Assembly: GCA_041615815.1 (NCBI GenBank)
Contig: JBFJCP010000014.1
Span: 42,090 to 106,089 of the forward strand
Direction of reading: 5' to 3'
From: Gemmatimonadales bacterium
GTDB lineage: Bacteria > Gemmatimonadota > Gemmatimonadetes > Gemmatimonadales > GWC2-71-9
DNA: 64,000 nt
The notes under the pieces were generated by a model that saw only the letters and a list, made by a program, of their open reading frames with translations, searched no databases and had not been told where the DNA came from. Within the stretch, counting starts at the first letter, position 1. Each line of letters begins with the position of its first letter. The position numbers were made by a program, and so were the translations under genes. Of the stretch, positions 48,384-58,147 are shown piece after piece.

Positions 48384-51300
48384 CGTGTATTCCCGCCGCT
48401 CCCGCGGCTCTTCGAATCGGCCGGCGGCCCGTCGTGTCGGCGAAGCGACAGGACGACCTCGCGACCATCGATGTCCACTGTTTCACGCACGTCGGATGTA
48501 GAAAGGTCCCTTCCTACCTCGACGTGCCGAGCCAGGGTCTCCCCGGCGATGAAGCTTCGGAAAGCCCCGGCAGCCGCCAAGACATCTCCAGCGCCGGAGA
48601 TGCTCAATTCGATCCGTGTATTGTAATCGTACGCGGCCTCTTTGCGCAGGCGCTGGACCCGATTGACGACTTCCCGGGCCACGCCTTCGCTGCGCAGCTC
48701 GTGGGTGAGCTCCGGATCCAAGGCCACCACCAGCGGTCCTTCGCTCTCCACCAGCCAATCGGTGATGACCTCACGCTCGACGATCACGTCCTGGGGCTGG
48801 TACTCGAACGTGCGGCCGTTTACCTGGACGGTCTGTGGCGCTCCACCTTCGAGCGCGCGCAGCTGATCGGCGGTGAGCTGGGCGGTTGCCCGCGCGGCCA
48901 CGGGCGTGTCCTTTGCATAAACCTTGCCAAGCGTGCGGAAGTTCGGTTTCGCCCGGAGCCGCACGAGGTCCTCATCAGAGGCCACCATACTCACTTTGCG
49001 AACGTTCACCTCACCCGCGAGGAGATCGAGCAATTCCCGGGACACATGACTGCGCACGGCGCCGGGCATGGCCACGCGCATTTGCGCCAAGGGCTGCCGC
49101 ACCCGGAGATTGGCCCGCTCCCGGGCGGCGCGGGCGAGAGACGCCAGTCGGCGGACCGCGTCCATGGCGGTCTCGAGTCCCTCCACGCGGCGGCCGCAAT
49201 CCTCCGGGATCGGGCTCAGGTGCACCGACGTGCCGGTCAACCGCCGGTGGATCGCGTCGCTGAGGAAGGGAGCTGCCGGCGCCAGGAGCCGCGTGACGGC
49301 CACGAGCGCCTCGTGGAGTGTGGCGAGCGCCGCCGGGTCCGCGGCGGTGTCCGGCGCCCAGAAGCGCGGACGGTTGACCCGTACGTACCAGTTGGACAAT
49401 TCCTGATCGCAAAACTGCATGATGGCCCGCGCCCCGGTCGTGACGTCATAGCCAGACCACGCCTCCCGCACCGCCCTGCTCAGCGAATCGAGTCGGGAGA
49501 GGAGCCAACGATCCACCAGCGGGCGCTCCGCTGCCGACGGGGCGCCGGTCTCCGGTGTCCACGCTTCGGCATACAGCGCGAAGAAGCCATACGTATTGCG
49601 GAGCCGCGTCAGGAACCCAAGCGAGACCTCGGGAATCTGACTCGGATCGAACCGCTTCTCCAGCCACACCTGGCTCGAGGCCACCAAGTACAACCGAACC
49701 GCGTCCGCACCGAATTGGCGGACCACGTCCACGGGGTTCACCACGTTGCCGAGCCGCTTGGACATCTTGCGTCCCTCGGCGTCGAGCACGAGCCCATTCA
49801 CGATCACGTGGCGGTATGCCGGACCGTCGCGAACGCCCACGGCAATGGCGAGGAGCGAATAGAACCACCCGCGGGTCTGATCGAGCCCCTCGCAAATGAA
49901 ATCCGCTGGGAAGTGTTCCTCGAACGCCTCCCGATGCTCGAAGGGGTAGTGCCATTGCGCAAACGGCATGGCGCCGGAATCGAACCAGGCGTCGATGACC
50001 TCCGGGGTGCGCCGCATCACGCCGTCGCACTCGCGACAGCGAAACGTCAGCTCGTCGATGAACGGCTTATGTGGATCGAAGTCCTCGGGGAGGGCACGCC
50101 CAGCCTGCGCGGCCAGCTCCTGATAGGACCCAATGACGACCCGGTGCTCCTTGGGATCGCGATCGCAGAGCCAGACGGGGAGGGGGGTGCCCCAATATCG
50201 ATCGCGGGAGAGCGCCCAATCCACGTTGTTCTCGAGCCATTCACCAAACCGACCCGCCCCTACCTCCGGGGGGTTCCAGTCCACCGCCCGGTTGACCTCG
50301 ATCATCCGGTCTTTGAAGGCCGTCGTACGCACAAACCACGATTCCCGCGCGTAGTAGATGAGGGGTTCGTCGCACCGCCAACAAAAGGGATACGTGTGTT
50401 CGTACCCTTTGGGCTCATAGCGCCCGAAAACCTTGCCTTCCGCCACGAGCCGATCCGCGATGATCTGGTTGGCTTCGAACACCGTGAGCCCTTCGATCGC
50501 ATCCCAGTTGGTGGCGGTAAACCGACCACTGGCGTCCACGGGGTTCACGAAGAACAGCCCCTCGCTCATCACGGTGGCATAGTCGTCGGCCCCGAAAGCC
50601 GGAGCCATGTGCACGAGCCCCGTTCCTTCTTCGTTCGTGACGAACTGGCCGGCCACGACGCGAAACGCCCGCGCCGCGTCCACCTCGACCGCGTCGAGCA
50701 GCGGCTCGTACCGTTGGTCCACCAGATCCGCCCCGCGCCACGTGCCGACCGTGGACAGACTCGCCAGGGGTGCGCCGCCGGTGGCACCGGGGATGGCCTT
50801 GGTGCGGGCGATGGTCTCTTCCACGATGATGCGTCGTCCGTCGCCGACTTCCAGCTCCAAATATTGAAAGTCGGGATGCACGGCGATGGCGACGTTGGAT
50901 GGCAAGGTCCAGGGTGTCGTGGTCCACACGAGCAAATAGCGATCGTCTTCCCCAACCAGCCGGAACAGCGCGTATATGGACGGACTGCGATGCGTGGCGT
51001 AACCCTGCGCCAATTCGTGGCTGGACAACGTCGTTCCGCACCGTGGACAGTACGGCAGCACCTTGTGCCCCTGATAGAGTAGGTCGCGATCGGCGAGTTG
51101 CTTCAGGATCCACCACACACTCTCGACGTAGTCGTTGGCATAGGTCACGTAAGGACGTTCGTAATCGAGCCAGTATCCAATGCGCTCGGAGAGAGCCTCC
51201 CAGTCTTCTTTGTATCGAAACACACTCTCCTTGCATCGCCGATTGAACTCTGCCACCCCGAGACGCTCGATATCCGGCTTGCCGCTGATCTCCAGCGCTT

Positions 51301-51592
51301 TCTCGACCTCAATCTCCACCGGGAGCCCGTGGGTATCCCACCCGGCAATCCGTGTCACGGATCGGCCCAGCATCGTGTGATACCGATTGATCAGGTCCTT
51401 GATGGTCCGCGCGAAGACGTGGTGGATCCCGGGCCGCCCGTTGGCGGTGGGCGGGCCTTCGTAGAACACGAACGGTTGGCCGTCGCGGGTGCGTTCCAGT
51501 GTGCGCCCGAACAAATCCTCGGCGCGCCATTGCTCGAGGAGACCGCGCTCCAAGACGTCGGGCTCTTCTGCGGGCAGTGGATCGTAAGGCAT
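48380..51592 (-). CDS. ileS: Isoleucine--tRNA ligase, IleRS2 type
   Basis: GPPTANGRPGIHH, GWDTHGLP, WTTTPWT, DQTRGWF and KMSKR motifs; IleRS2-type C-terminus. Start placed at ATG 51592. Confidence 0.97.
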   Translation of the reverse strand: MPYDPLPAEEPDVLERGLLEQWRAEDLFGRTLERTRDGQPFVFYEGPPTANGRPGIHHVFARTIKDLINRYHTMLGRSVTRIAGWDTHGLPVEIEVEKALEISGKPDIERLGVAEFNRRCKESVFRYKEDWEALSERIGYWLDYERPYVTYANDYVESVWWILKQLADRDLLYQGHKVLPYCPRCGTTLSSHELAQGYATHRSPSIYALFRLVGEDDRYLLVWTTTPWTLPSNVAIAVHPDFQYLELEVGDGRRIIVEETIARTKAIPGATGGAPLASLSTVGTWRGADLVDQRYEPLLDAVEVDAARAFRVVAGQFVTNEEGTGLVHMAPAFGADDYATVMSEGLFFVNPVDASGRFTATNWDAIEGLTVFEANQIIADRLVAEGKVFGRYEPKGYEHTYPFCWRCDEPLIYYARESWFVRTTAFKDRMIEVNRAVDWNPPEVGAGRFGEWLENNVDWALSRDRYWGTPLPVWLCDRDPKEHRVVIGSYQELAAQAGRALPEDFDPHKPFIDELTFRCRECDGVMRRTPEVIDAWFDSGAMPFAQWHYPFEHREAFEEHFPADFICEGLDQTRGWFYSLLAIAVGVRDGPAYRHVIVNGLVLDAEGRKMSKRLGNVVNPVDVVRQFGADAVRLYLVASSQVWLEKRFDPSQIPEVSLGFLTRLRNTYGFFALYAEAWTPETGAPSAAERPLVDRWLLSRLDSLSRAVREAWSGYDVTTGARAIMQFCDQELSNWYVRVNRPRFWAPDTAADPAALATLHEALVAVTRLLAPAAPFLSDAIHRRLTGTSVHLSPIPEDCGRRVEGLETAMDAVRRLASLARAARERANLRVRQPLAQMRVAMPGAVRSHVSRELLDLLAGEVNVRKVSMVASDEDLVRLRAKPNFRTLGKVYAKDTPVAARATAQLTADQLRALEGGAPQTVQVNGRTFEYQPQDVIVEREVITDWLVESEGPLVVALDPELTHELRSEGVAREVVNRVQRLRKEAAYDYNTRIELSISGAGDVLAAAGAFRSFIAGETLARHVEVGRDLSTSDVRETVDIDGREVVLSLRRHDGPPADSKSRGSGGNTR

Positions 51593-52422
51593 CAGGGCAT
51601 GCGCTCCAGGACGGTGCTGACGAGACGGGTCAGATTGGGCTCCGCTCGCTGTGCCACCGCAATGATCTTCTGGATGTCCGCAGGCTCCAGCGCGTCCGGG
51701 AGGCACATGTCCGTGATGATGGAGATTCCCAGCACTCGCATCCCGCCATGGATGGCCACGATGACCTCTGGGACCGTCGACATCCCGACCACGTCCGCCC
51801 CGATGCGTCTGAGAAATCGATACTCAGCACCGGTCTCGAGGTTTGGCCCCGTGACGGCGACGTACACCCCCTCGCGCATGACGATCTGGAGCGCTCGGGC
51901 CGCCTCGCGGGCCAGCGCCCGCAATCCCGGATCGTACGGAGCGGACATATCCGGAAAACGCGGTCCCAACGCGTCGTCGTTGGGCCCCACCAACGGATTG
52001 TCGCCCAGCAGATTGATATGGTCCGCGATCAATACCAGATCGCCAGCCTGCCACAACGGATGCATGCCTCCACATGCATTCGACACGACGAGGGTCTCCG
52101 CTCCCAGGGCACGCATCACCCGCACCGGGAACGTGATCTGCTGCATCGAGTACCCCTCGTAGCGATGGAATCGACCCTGCATGGCCACGACGGCCTTACC
52201 GCCGAGTGTTCCCAGCAGGAGGCGCCCCGCGTGGGTCTCCACGGTCGAGAGTGGGAAGCCGGGGATCTGGTCGTACCCGATGGCTGACGCCACCGTCATC
52301 TCATCCGCGAGTCCCCCCAGTCCCGTGCCGAGAATGAGCGCCACGGTCGGATCCACCTCGCTCTGCTGCCGAACCGCGGCCACGGCCTCTCGAATGGACT
52401 GCGGAAGCGCGACCGTTGTCAC
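51592..52422 (-). CDS. punA: Purine-nucleoside phosphorylase (trimeric type)
   Basis: ILGTGLG, GRFHRYEG, GPNLET and VGMSTVPE motifs. Confidence 0.95.
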   Translation of the reverse strand: MTTVALPQSIREAVAAVRQQSEVDPTVALILGTGLGGLADEMTVASAIGYDQIPGFPLSTVETHAGRLLLGTLGGKAVVAMQGRFHRYEGYSMQQITFPVRVMRALGAETLVVSNACGGMHPLWQAGDLVLIADHINLLGDNPLVGPNDDALGPRFPDMSAPYDPGLRALAREAARALQIVMREGVYVAVTGPNLETGAEYRFLRRIGADVVGMSTVPEVIVAIHGGMRVLGISIITDMCLPDALEPADIQKIIAVAQRAEPNLTRLVSTVLERMP

Positions 52423-52922
52423 GAATCCTCCGGCATCCGCGGCACGGCGCCATCGTTTGCATGACGCGACAATGCTTCGACCTGGGCCATGTACCGTTCC
52501 AACAGCGACCGAAACGCCGTGAGATATCCGCTGAACTCATGGTGCGCGGATTCAATGTCCCGGCGAAGCGTCACTTCGCGGGTGCGAGCCGCCGACACGA
52601 TCTGCTCGGCACGCACTCGCGCCTCCTGCAACACGAGCTCCATCTGCTTCTTGGCCGCCTCCTCGGCATCCTGCCGCACCGTCTGCGCCAGCAAGACACC
52701 GTCGTTGATCGCTTTCTCGCGGTCGCGGTATGCCTTCAGTTGCTCGCGCATGTTGTTGAGCCGCTCTTCGAGCAGCACGCGCTCTCGAAACAACCGCTCC
52801 ATCTCGTCGGCCACGCGCGCTTTGAAGTCTTCGACGTCGGCGCGATTGTAGCCAAACATCTCTCGGTGGAATTCCTGACCACGGACATCGACCGGTGTGA
52901 GGCGGAATGCGTCATCGTTCAT
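52419..52922 (-). CDS. divIVA: DivIVA domain protein
   Basis: LTPVDVRGQEF..FGYNRADVEDF N-domain followed by a long coiled coil. Start placed at ATG 52922. Confidence 0.92.
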   Translation of the reverse strand: MNDDAFRLTPVDVRGQEFHREMFGYNRADVEDFKARVADEMERLFRERVLLEERLNNMREQLKAYRDREKAINDGVLLAQTVRQDAEEAAKKQMELVLQEARVRAEQIVSAARTREVTLRRDIESAHHEFSGYLTAFRSLLERYMAQVEALSRHANDGAVPRMPEDS

Positions 52923-53614
52923 TGTGGGCGTTCTCCAAACAACACGGTCCCCAAACGCAGAATAGTGGCGCCTTCTGCCACGGCCGCGGGAAAATCCCCC
53001 GACATCCCCATCGAAAGCGCCGGTAACCGCCACCCCTCTCCCGACAGCGCCTCTCGCAAGCCGCGCAGCGCTCCAAATACGGCCCGCTGTCGTCGCTCAT
53101 CGTCCGTGAAGGGCGCCATCGTCATCAGCCCCTCCAGCCTGAGATGGGCGCTCGCCCCAATTCGCCCCGCGAGCTCACTCGCCATGACAGGGTCGCACCC
53201 ACTCTTCTGTGTCTCCCCTGCCACGTTGACCTGGAGTAACACCGGCAACCTGGCGTCCGGCGCGAGCCGACCCATCGCCTGTTCGAGCGCCCGTGCCACT
53301 CGCTCGGAATCCACGGATTGCACCATGGCAAACCGGTTCGGGACGAGCTTGGCCTTGTTGGTCTGGAGGTGGCCGATGAGGTGCCAACGGACCGGCACGG
53401 TCGCCAGTTCCTCCTGTTTGCGCAACGCTTCCTGTACACGATTCTCTCCCACATCCAGGAGCCCGGCCGCACACGCCGCCTGGACGGCGAGTGGGGGGTG
53501 TCCCTTCGTCACCGCCACGATGCGCACGTCGCCCGCGAGCCCCTCACGGGCCTGAATGCCGGCGATCGTCTCGCGCACCCGGGCCAGGTTTCCCGGAAGC
53601 GCGTCAAAAGTCAT
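52919..53614 (-). CDS. yggS: PLP homeostasis protein YggS
   Basis: VAVTK, GENRVQE, HLIGHLQTNK and LSMGMSGD motifs. Start placed at ATG 53614. Confidence 0.95.
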   Translation of the reverse strand: MTFDALPGNLARVRETIAGIQAREGLAGDVRIVAVTKGHPPLAVQAACAAGLLDVGENRVQEALRKQEELATVPVRWHLIGHLQTNKAKLVPNRFAMVQSVDSERVARALEQAMGRLAPDARLPVLLQVNVAGETQKSGCDPVMASELAGRIGASAHLRLEGLMTMAPFTDDERRQRAVFGALRGLREALSGEGWRLPALSMGMSGDFPAAVAEGATILRLGTVLFGERPQ

Positions 53615-53726
53615 AGCCTTGAAACTTAGTCGCCAGGTTGGGGGGCTACAACGTGAATGGGCGGGATGGAGATGAGCCCAACGGGCCAAACGCGGCGTCC
53701 CACGCGATCGCCCATCCCGCGCACTC

Positions 53727-56129
53727 TCACTGACTGTCCGGAAACACCTCGAAGCTGTCCGGCGGCTCCACGCCCAACTGGGCGTCGAGGAGCAGATCCG
53801 CCAGCTGCGGGATGGGCGCCAGCTTGAAGGCCCGCTGCAAGTTCTCCAAGGCGCGCGCCGAATTCCCTGCGGCGGCGTAGGCCTGCCCCAGCGCATAAAA
53901 CGGATAACTCAAGTTGGTGGCGATGTTGAGACTCGTGGGATCGAGGTCGAGCGTATCCGCCTCGAGGAGTCCCGAGTAGCGGTAGACGTGCCATGCCAAC
54001 GAGTCCGTGCGAGGGACGTCGACCGGAACGCCGAGAAGACCAGGAGCCAACCGGGTCGAGTCCGGTGCTTCCCGGACGTTCAGCCGGAACACCAGCGCCT
54101 CCTGCGTGAGCCATGGACCGAGTTGGACCCAGTTGCCGCTTCCGGCCGTGAGGGCAAAGTAGAGTGGCCGGCGCTGCCAATTCTCTTGGATGAGCCTCAG
54201 GATCAAGACGTCCTTCACGTACAGCGGCGATCCCTCCGGGTACGTCTGCTGCACGCGGCCAACGCGGTAGTTGAGCCCGCGAGGGAGCAGCATGGGACGG
54301 AGCGCCGCAATATCCTCGTCTGGCCAGGTGTGGAGCGCGGGCGGGGGTTGATCGGGGGCCAGATCCGCATACCACGGTGCCTGCTCCGGCTCGAACGGTC
54401 GTACCGGATTGTCGCGCAGCTGGCGAATGTACCAGTCCGTGTTCCCCAGGGAGAGATTCACCACGGACACGTCGCGGCGCACGCCCTCCACCTCTTGAAT
54501 GTACCAGAGCGGGAAGGTGTCGTTGTCGCCGTTGGTGAAGACGATCCCGTACGGCTCAACGGACTGCAGCAGATCGTAAGCGAAATCCCGCGCGAGCGTG
54601 GCCTCGGGCCCGTGGCGGCGGCTCGCGGCGTTGAAGTTGAGCGCAAAGGGCAGGAGCGCCAAGCCGAGGATGGCCGACGTGGGTGATATCCGGGGGCTCG
54701 CGCCATTCATGCGGGCGCGGAACAGCCGATAGAGTCCCGCGAGTCCAGCTCCAGCAAAGAGGCCCCACACCTGGAACGATACGGTGAAGAAGTAGTCGCG
54801 CTCCCGCACCTCGTGCATTTCCATATCGGGAAACAGATCCCAGCCGATGGAGAAGCCGGGCTTGAAGTTCATGTACCCCATGAGACCCGGTCCCGTGGTG
54901 ACGAACAGGATCACCAGAAGCCAGAACATGGAGCGATCCCGCTCCTTGATCACCGTGGCGCCATAGATGCCGAGCGCCGTGAAGATGAGGGTGAAGGGAA
55001 GCCGCACACCGGCGAAAACCGGCTGTGTGGGGGCCAGACCGTTGGCCCACTGCCAATCGAAATACTGCAGGTAGTTCTGGATTTGGACCAAGAGAATCTC
55101 GAACGACCGTCCCGGGTTGCCAGGACCCGACGGGAAGATGGGATTGTCGGTCGGCAACCGCGGCGGATACTGCTCCCGCCGGATCACGGCCAAGAGACTC
55201 TCCCACGTCGATGGATCCGCCTCGTTGATGAACGGTCCCACGTTGGCGCGGATGTACAGGAACAGGTACGTCGATGCGCCGATGGCGGCGATCCCGACCA
55301 CCGCGAGGGCAAAGCGGAACCCTCCGATGGTCGCCGCGTAGGAAGCCGCCGCCAGGAAGACCACCCCACCCACCACCATCAGGGTCGTGCTCCCGAGCCC
55401 CGTGCCGATCAGGAGGGCCCACACCCCGGAGAGCACGGCCCATTGCGCCCACTCGATACGGCGATCCGTGGGGTCCTTTGCCGGATCGGTGCTCAGCACG
55501 TGGGCCATGTACAGGATCAGCGCCGGGCCCACGAGCAGCGTCAGCAGGTGGGTGCCCAACGATACCGCGGCCAGATACACGATCACCATCAGGAGGTGGG
55601 CAGCGCGGTGCGTGCCCCGGTGCTTTCGCCAGAGCCAGGCCAGCCAGCAGATGACGGCAATGCTGAAGGTGGAGACCATGTAGACTTCGGTCTCGTTCGA
55701 ATTCTGCCAGACCGTGAAGACGAACGCGGACGCGAGCGCCGCTGCGGCCGCGCCGCCCACCGTGAAGACGGGATCGTTCTCTCGCTCCCCCTCCCCCACC
55801 GCCGCCAACGCCATCGTGATCACCAGGAAGAACATCGCCGCCGCGGCCGCGCTGAACGTGGCGGTCATGAAGTTGGTGCGATACGCGAACTCGCCGATGG
55901 GCATGAGGGTGGCCCAGACGTTGGCGATGAGCACGAAGAGCGGAGTCCCCGGCGGGTGCGGAATACCGAGAATCTTGGCGGTGGCGAGGAACTCGCCGGC
56001 GTCCCAGAACGTGACGGTGGGAGCGAGCGTCCACACGTAACCGGCGAACACTACGGCGAACACTGCCAGCGCCGCCTTGTACGGTGGTCGGCGATCCGCC
56101 GAATCGATTGGCGTGCGATCCTCGGGCAT
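53727..56129 (-). CDS. DUF2723/TMEM260-like multi-TM glycosyltransferase (GT-C fold)
   Basis: LAPTVTFWDAGEF..GIPHPPGTP, ETEVY, RERDYFF and GDNDTFPLWY motifs; many TMs; C-terminal TPR-like helices. Confidence 0.88.
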   Translation of the reverse strand: MPEDRTPIDSADRRPPYKAALAVFAVVFAGYVWTLAPTVTFWDAGEFLATAKILGIPHPPGTPLFVLIANVWATLMPIGEFAYRTNFMTATFSAAAAAMFFLVITMALAAVGEGERENDPVFTVGGAAAAALASAFVFTVWQNSNETEVYMVSTFSIAVICWLAWLWRKHRGTHRAAHLLMVIVYLAAVSLGTHLLTLLVGPALILYMAHVLSTDPAKDPTDRRIEWAQWAVLSGVWALLIGTGLGSTTLMVVGGVVFLAAASYAATIGGFRFALAVVGIAAIGASTYLFLYIRANVGPFINEADPSTWESLLAVIRREQYPPRLPTDNPIFPSGPGNPGRSFEILLVQIQNYLQYFDWQWANGLAPTQPVFAGVRLPFTLIFTALGIYGATVIKERDRSMFWLLVILFVTTGPGLMGYMNFKPGFSIGWDLFPDMEMHEVRERDYFFTVSFQVWGLFAGAGLAGLYRLFRARMNGASPRISPTSAILGLALLPFALNFNAASRRHGPEATLARDFAYDLLQSVEPYGIVFTNGDNDTFPLWYIQEVEGVRRDVSVVNLSLGNTDWYIRQLRDNPVRPFEPEQAPWYADLAPDQPPPALHTWPDEDIAALRPMLLPRGLNYRVGRVQQTYPEGSPLYVKDVLILRLIQENWQRRPLYFALTAGSGNWVQLGPWLTQEALVFRLNVREAPDSTRLAPGLLGVPVDVPRTDSLAWHVYRYSGLLEADTLDLDPTSLNIATNLSYPFYALGQAYAAAGNSARALENLQRAFKLAPIPQLADLLLDAQLGVEPPDSFEVFPDSQ

Positions 56130-56139
56130 ACGGATTATG

Positions 56140-56175
56140 GGTATTGGTGTCGGTGTTGGTGTTGGTGTTGGTGTT
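56140..56175. repeat. Hexamer tandem repeat, (GGTGTT)x6 with two variant units
   Basis: ggtatt ggtgtc ggtgtt ggtgtt ggtgtt ggtgtt fills most of the cdaA-DUF2723 spacer. Confidence 0.9.
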
Positions 56176-56978
56176 TACGCCGCTGAGGCGTCGCGGCCGG
56201 CGGCAGCCAATTCCAGGGAGGGGCGTTCCCGCCCGGTGAGTGCTTCGCGGACCTCTTCCGGTGTCACACCTCGCCGGAGCATCCCTCGAATGGCCAGCGA
56301 GATCTTGGACGTCTCCTCCGACACGACGATCACAATGGCGTCGGTTTCCTCGGATAGCCCGAGGGCGGCACGATGGCGCGTGCCCAACGATCGGTCGCTC
56401 ACTGGAAACTGGGTCAAAGGTAACACGACACCGGCTGCGACGATGACGTCATCCCGGACGATGACGGCGCCGTCGTGCAGCGGCGAGTAGGGAGTGAAGA
56501 TGGTCGTCAACAAATCGGCGGAGACGGCGGCACGCATTTCGGTGCCGCTCTCGAGATACTCGTTGAGCGCCGTTTCCCCTTCGACGGCAATGATCGCCCC
56601 GGTGCCATTGCGCGAAAGTCGCGTCACCGCCTCGGTGACCTCGTCCGCCACCGCCCGGGTGTTGGTATTGCTCAGGAACCGGATGGCCCGGGAGCGTCCC
56701 AGCCGAGCAAGGGCGTGCCGGAGCTCGGGCTGAAATACGACGACGGCTGCGAACGCTCCATACGTGAACACCACGCCGAGGAGCGTCGTGATGACGTGGA
56801 AGCGGAGCACCACCGCTGCGAAATAGATGACCCCCAACACGAGGAGGCCGACCAGAATCTGCAGCGCCCGTGTCCCGGCGAGGAACAACAGCAACCGATA
56901 AATGACGTATGACACGAGCAAGATCTCGATCACGTCATACCAGTCGGGCACCAGAAAACGCAGCTGCTCGAACGGCAT
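56175..56978 (-). CDS. cdaA: Diadenylate cyclase CdaA
   Basis: Three N-terminal TMs, FQPELR, LHDGA and GTRHRAA motifs. Start placed at ATG 56978. Confidence 0.95.
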   Translation of the reverse strand: MPFEQLRFLVPDWYDVIEILLVSYVIYRLLLFLAGTRALQILVGLLVLGVIYFAAVVLRFHVITTLLGVVFTYGAFAAVVVFQPELRHALARLGRSRAIRFLSNTNTRAVADEVTEAVTRLSRNGTGAIIAVEGETALNEYLESGTEMRAAVSADLLTTIFTPYSPLHDGAVIVRDDVIVAAGVVLPLTQFPVSDRSLGTRHRAALGLSEETDAIVIVVSEETSKISLAIRGMLRRGVTPEEVREALTGRERPSLELAAAGRDASAA

Positions 56979-58147
56979 CACGCCCTCCCGACGGCGTGGG
57001 CGAGATCCAGCGCCTCGCGCACGATACTCGCATTGTGCACCCGAAACAGCGTGGCGCCCAGTTGGCAGGCCGCCACGCACACCACCGCCGTGGCTTGATC
57101 CTGAGCTCCCACGTCTCGATCGGCGACCCCGAGGAATCGCTTGCGGGACGGTCCTACCATCACCGGAAATCCCTGGGCCACCAGCAAGGCCATGCCACGA
57201 AGCGCAGCGAAGCTCTGTGCCGGCGTTTTGGCGAATCCGAGTCCTGGATCCAACACGATCCGCTCCCGAGCCATCCCGGCGTGCGTGGCCCGCTCCACAG
57301 CCTCGCCCAACTCCGCGGCGGTCTCGCCCGCCACATCCTCATAGGTTGCCCGTTCATAACTCGCCATGGTGTCCGTGGATCCCCGCGAGTGCATCAACAC
57401 GAGTCCCGCGCCGTGCGACGCGCACACGTCGGCGATGTGTGGATCGAGCCGAAGCCCCGACACGTCATTGATCGCCCAGGCACCCGCGTGCAGGGCCCGC
57501 TCGGCAATCTCCGCCTTGACCGTATCGATGCTCACCGGGACGCCGGGCAACGCGCGCTCGAGCCGCTCCAGCACAGGGGCGAGCCGATGCCACTCTTCGT
57601 CCACCGTCACCGGCGTGGCGCCGCCCGGCCGTGTAGACTCCGCACCCACGTCCAGCATGTCCGCACCGGCTGCGACGAGGGCCTCGGCGTGGGCAAGGGC
57701 GGCATCGGGCTCCAGATAGCGCCCCCCATCGCTGAATGAATCCGGGGTGACATTGAGAATCCCCGCCACTACGGGACGATCGAGCTTCACCGTTCCCCGA
57801 CGGGTGACCCACCGATCCGGGGGCTCCACCAATCCCCGTAGTGCGCCGGTGAGTGCCTCGGCCTCCGCACCCGCCAACGGCGCGGCGCCGGGACGCGCAA
57901 GCCCAACCAAGCGGGCCGCGCTGCCGGCCAACAGCACCCAGCCGTTGCCGGTGAGCGACTCCAGTCCCTGACGCTGGGCGATTTCGACGAGCGAACGGCA
58001 GTGGTCGTGGGAAACGTCATCGAAGACGATGGCGGCGGGACTCAAGCCCCGAGCGGCGGCGTCAGCGTGCGCCGCGTCCATCCCCCGCCGCACCAGCGCG
58101 TCCCGAACGACTGCCGGGGTGCGCGAAGCCAGCGGGGTGAGATTCAC
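56978..58147 (-). CDS. folP: Dihydropteroate synthase with an N-terminal extension
   Basis: [28 protein letters not shown] and SRKRF motifs. Confidence 0.95.
   Translation of the reverse strand: MNLTPLASRTPAVVRDALVRRGMDAAHADAAARGLSPAAIVFDDVSHDHCRSLVEIAQRQGLESLTGNGWVLLAGSAARLVGLARPGAAPLAGAEAEALTGALRGLVEPPDRWVTRRGTVKLDRPVVAGILNVTPDSFSDGGRYLEPDAALAHAEALVAAGADMLDVGAESTRPGGATPVTVDEEWHRLAPVLERLERALPGVPVSIDTVKAEIAERALHAGAWAINDVSGLRLDPHIADVCASHGAGLVLMHSRGSTDTMASYERATYEDVAGETAAELGEAVERATHAGMARERIVLDPGLGFAKTPAQSFAALRGMALLVAQGFPVMVGPSRKRFLGVADRDVGAQDQATAVVCVAACQLGATLFRVHNASIVREALDLAHAVGRA

Noticed and set aside
48434..51082. 882-aa plus-strand ORF, and similar ones at 33509-35086, 35410-37425 and 44053-45741
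   Set aside because: Antisense to well-supported genes (ileS, DUF4388, the ATPase, cheA); codon-bias artefacts.
56140..56175. CRISPR or REP interpretation of the repeat
   Set aside because: It is a simple 6-bp tandem repeat with no spacers or palindromes, and there are no cas genes.
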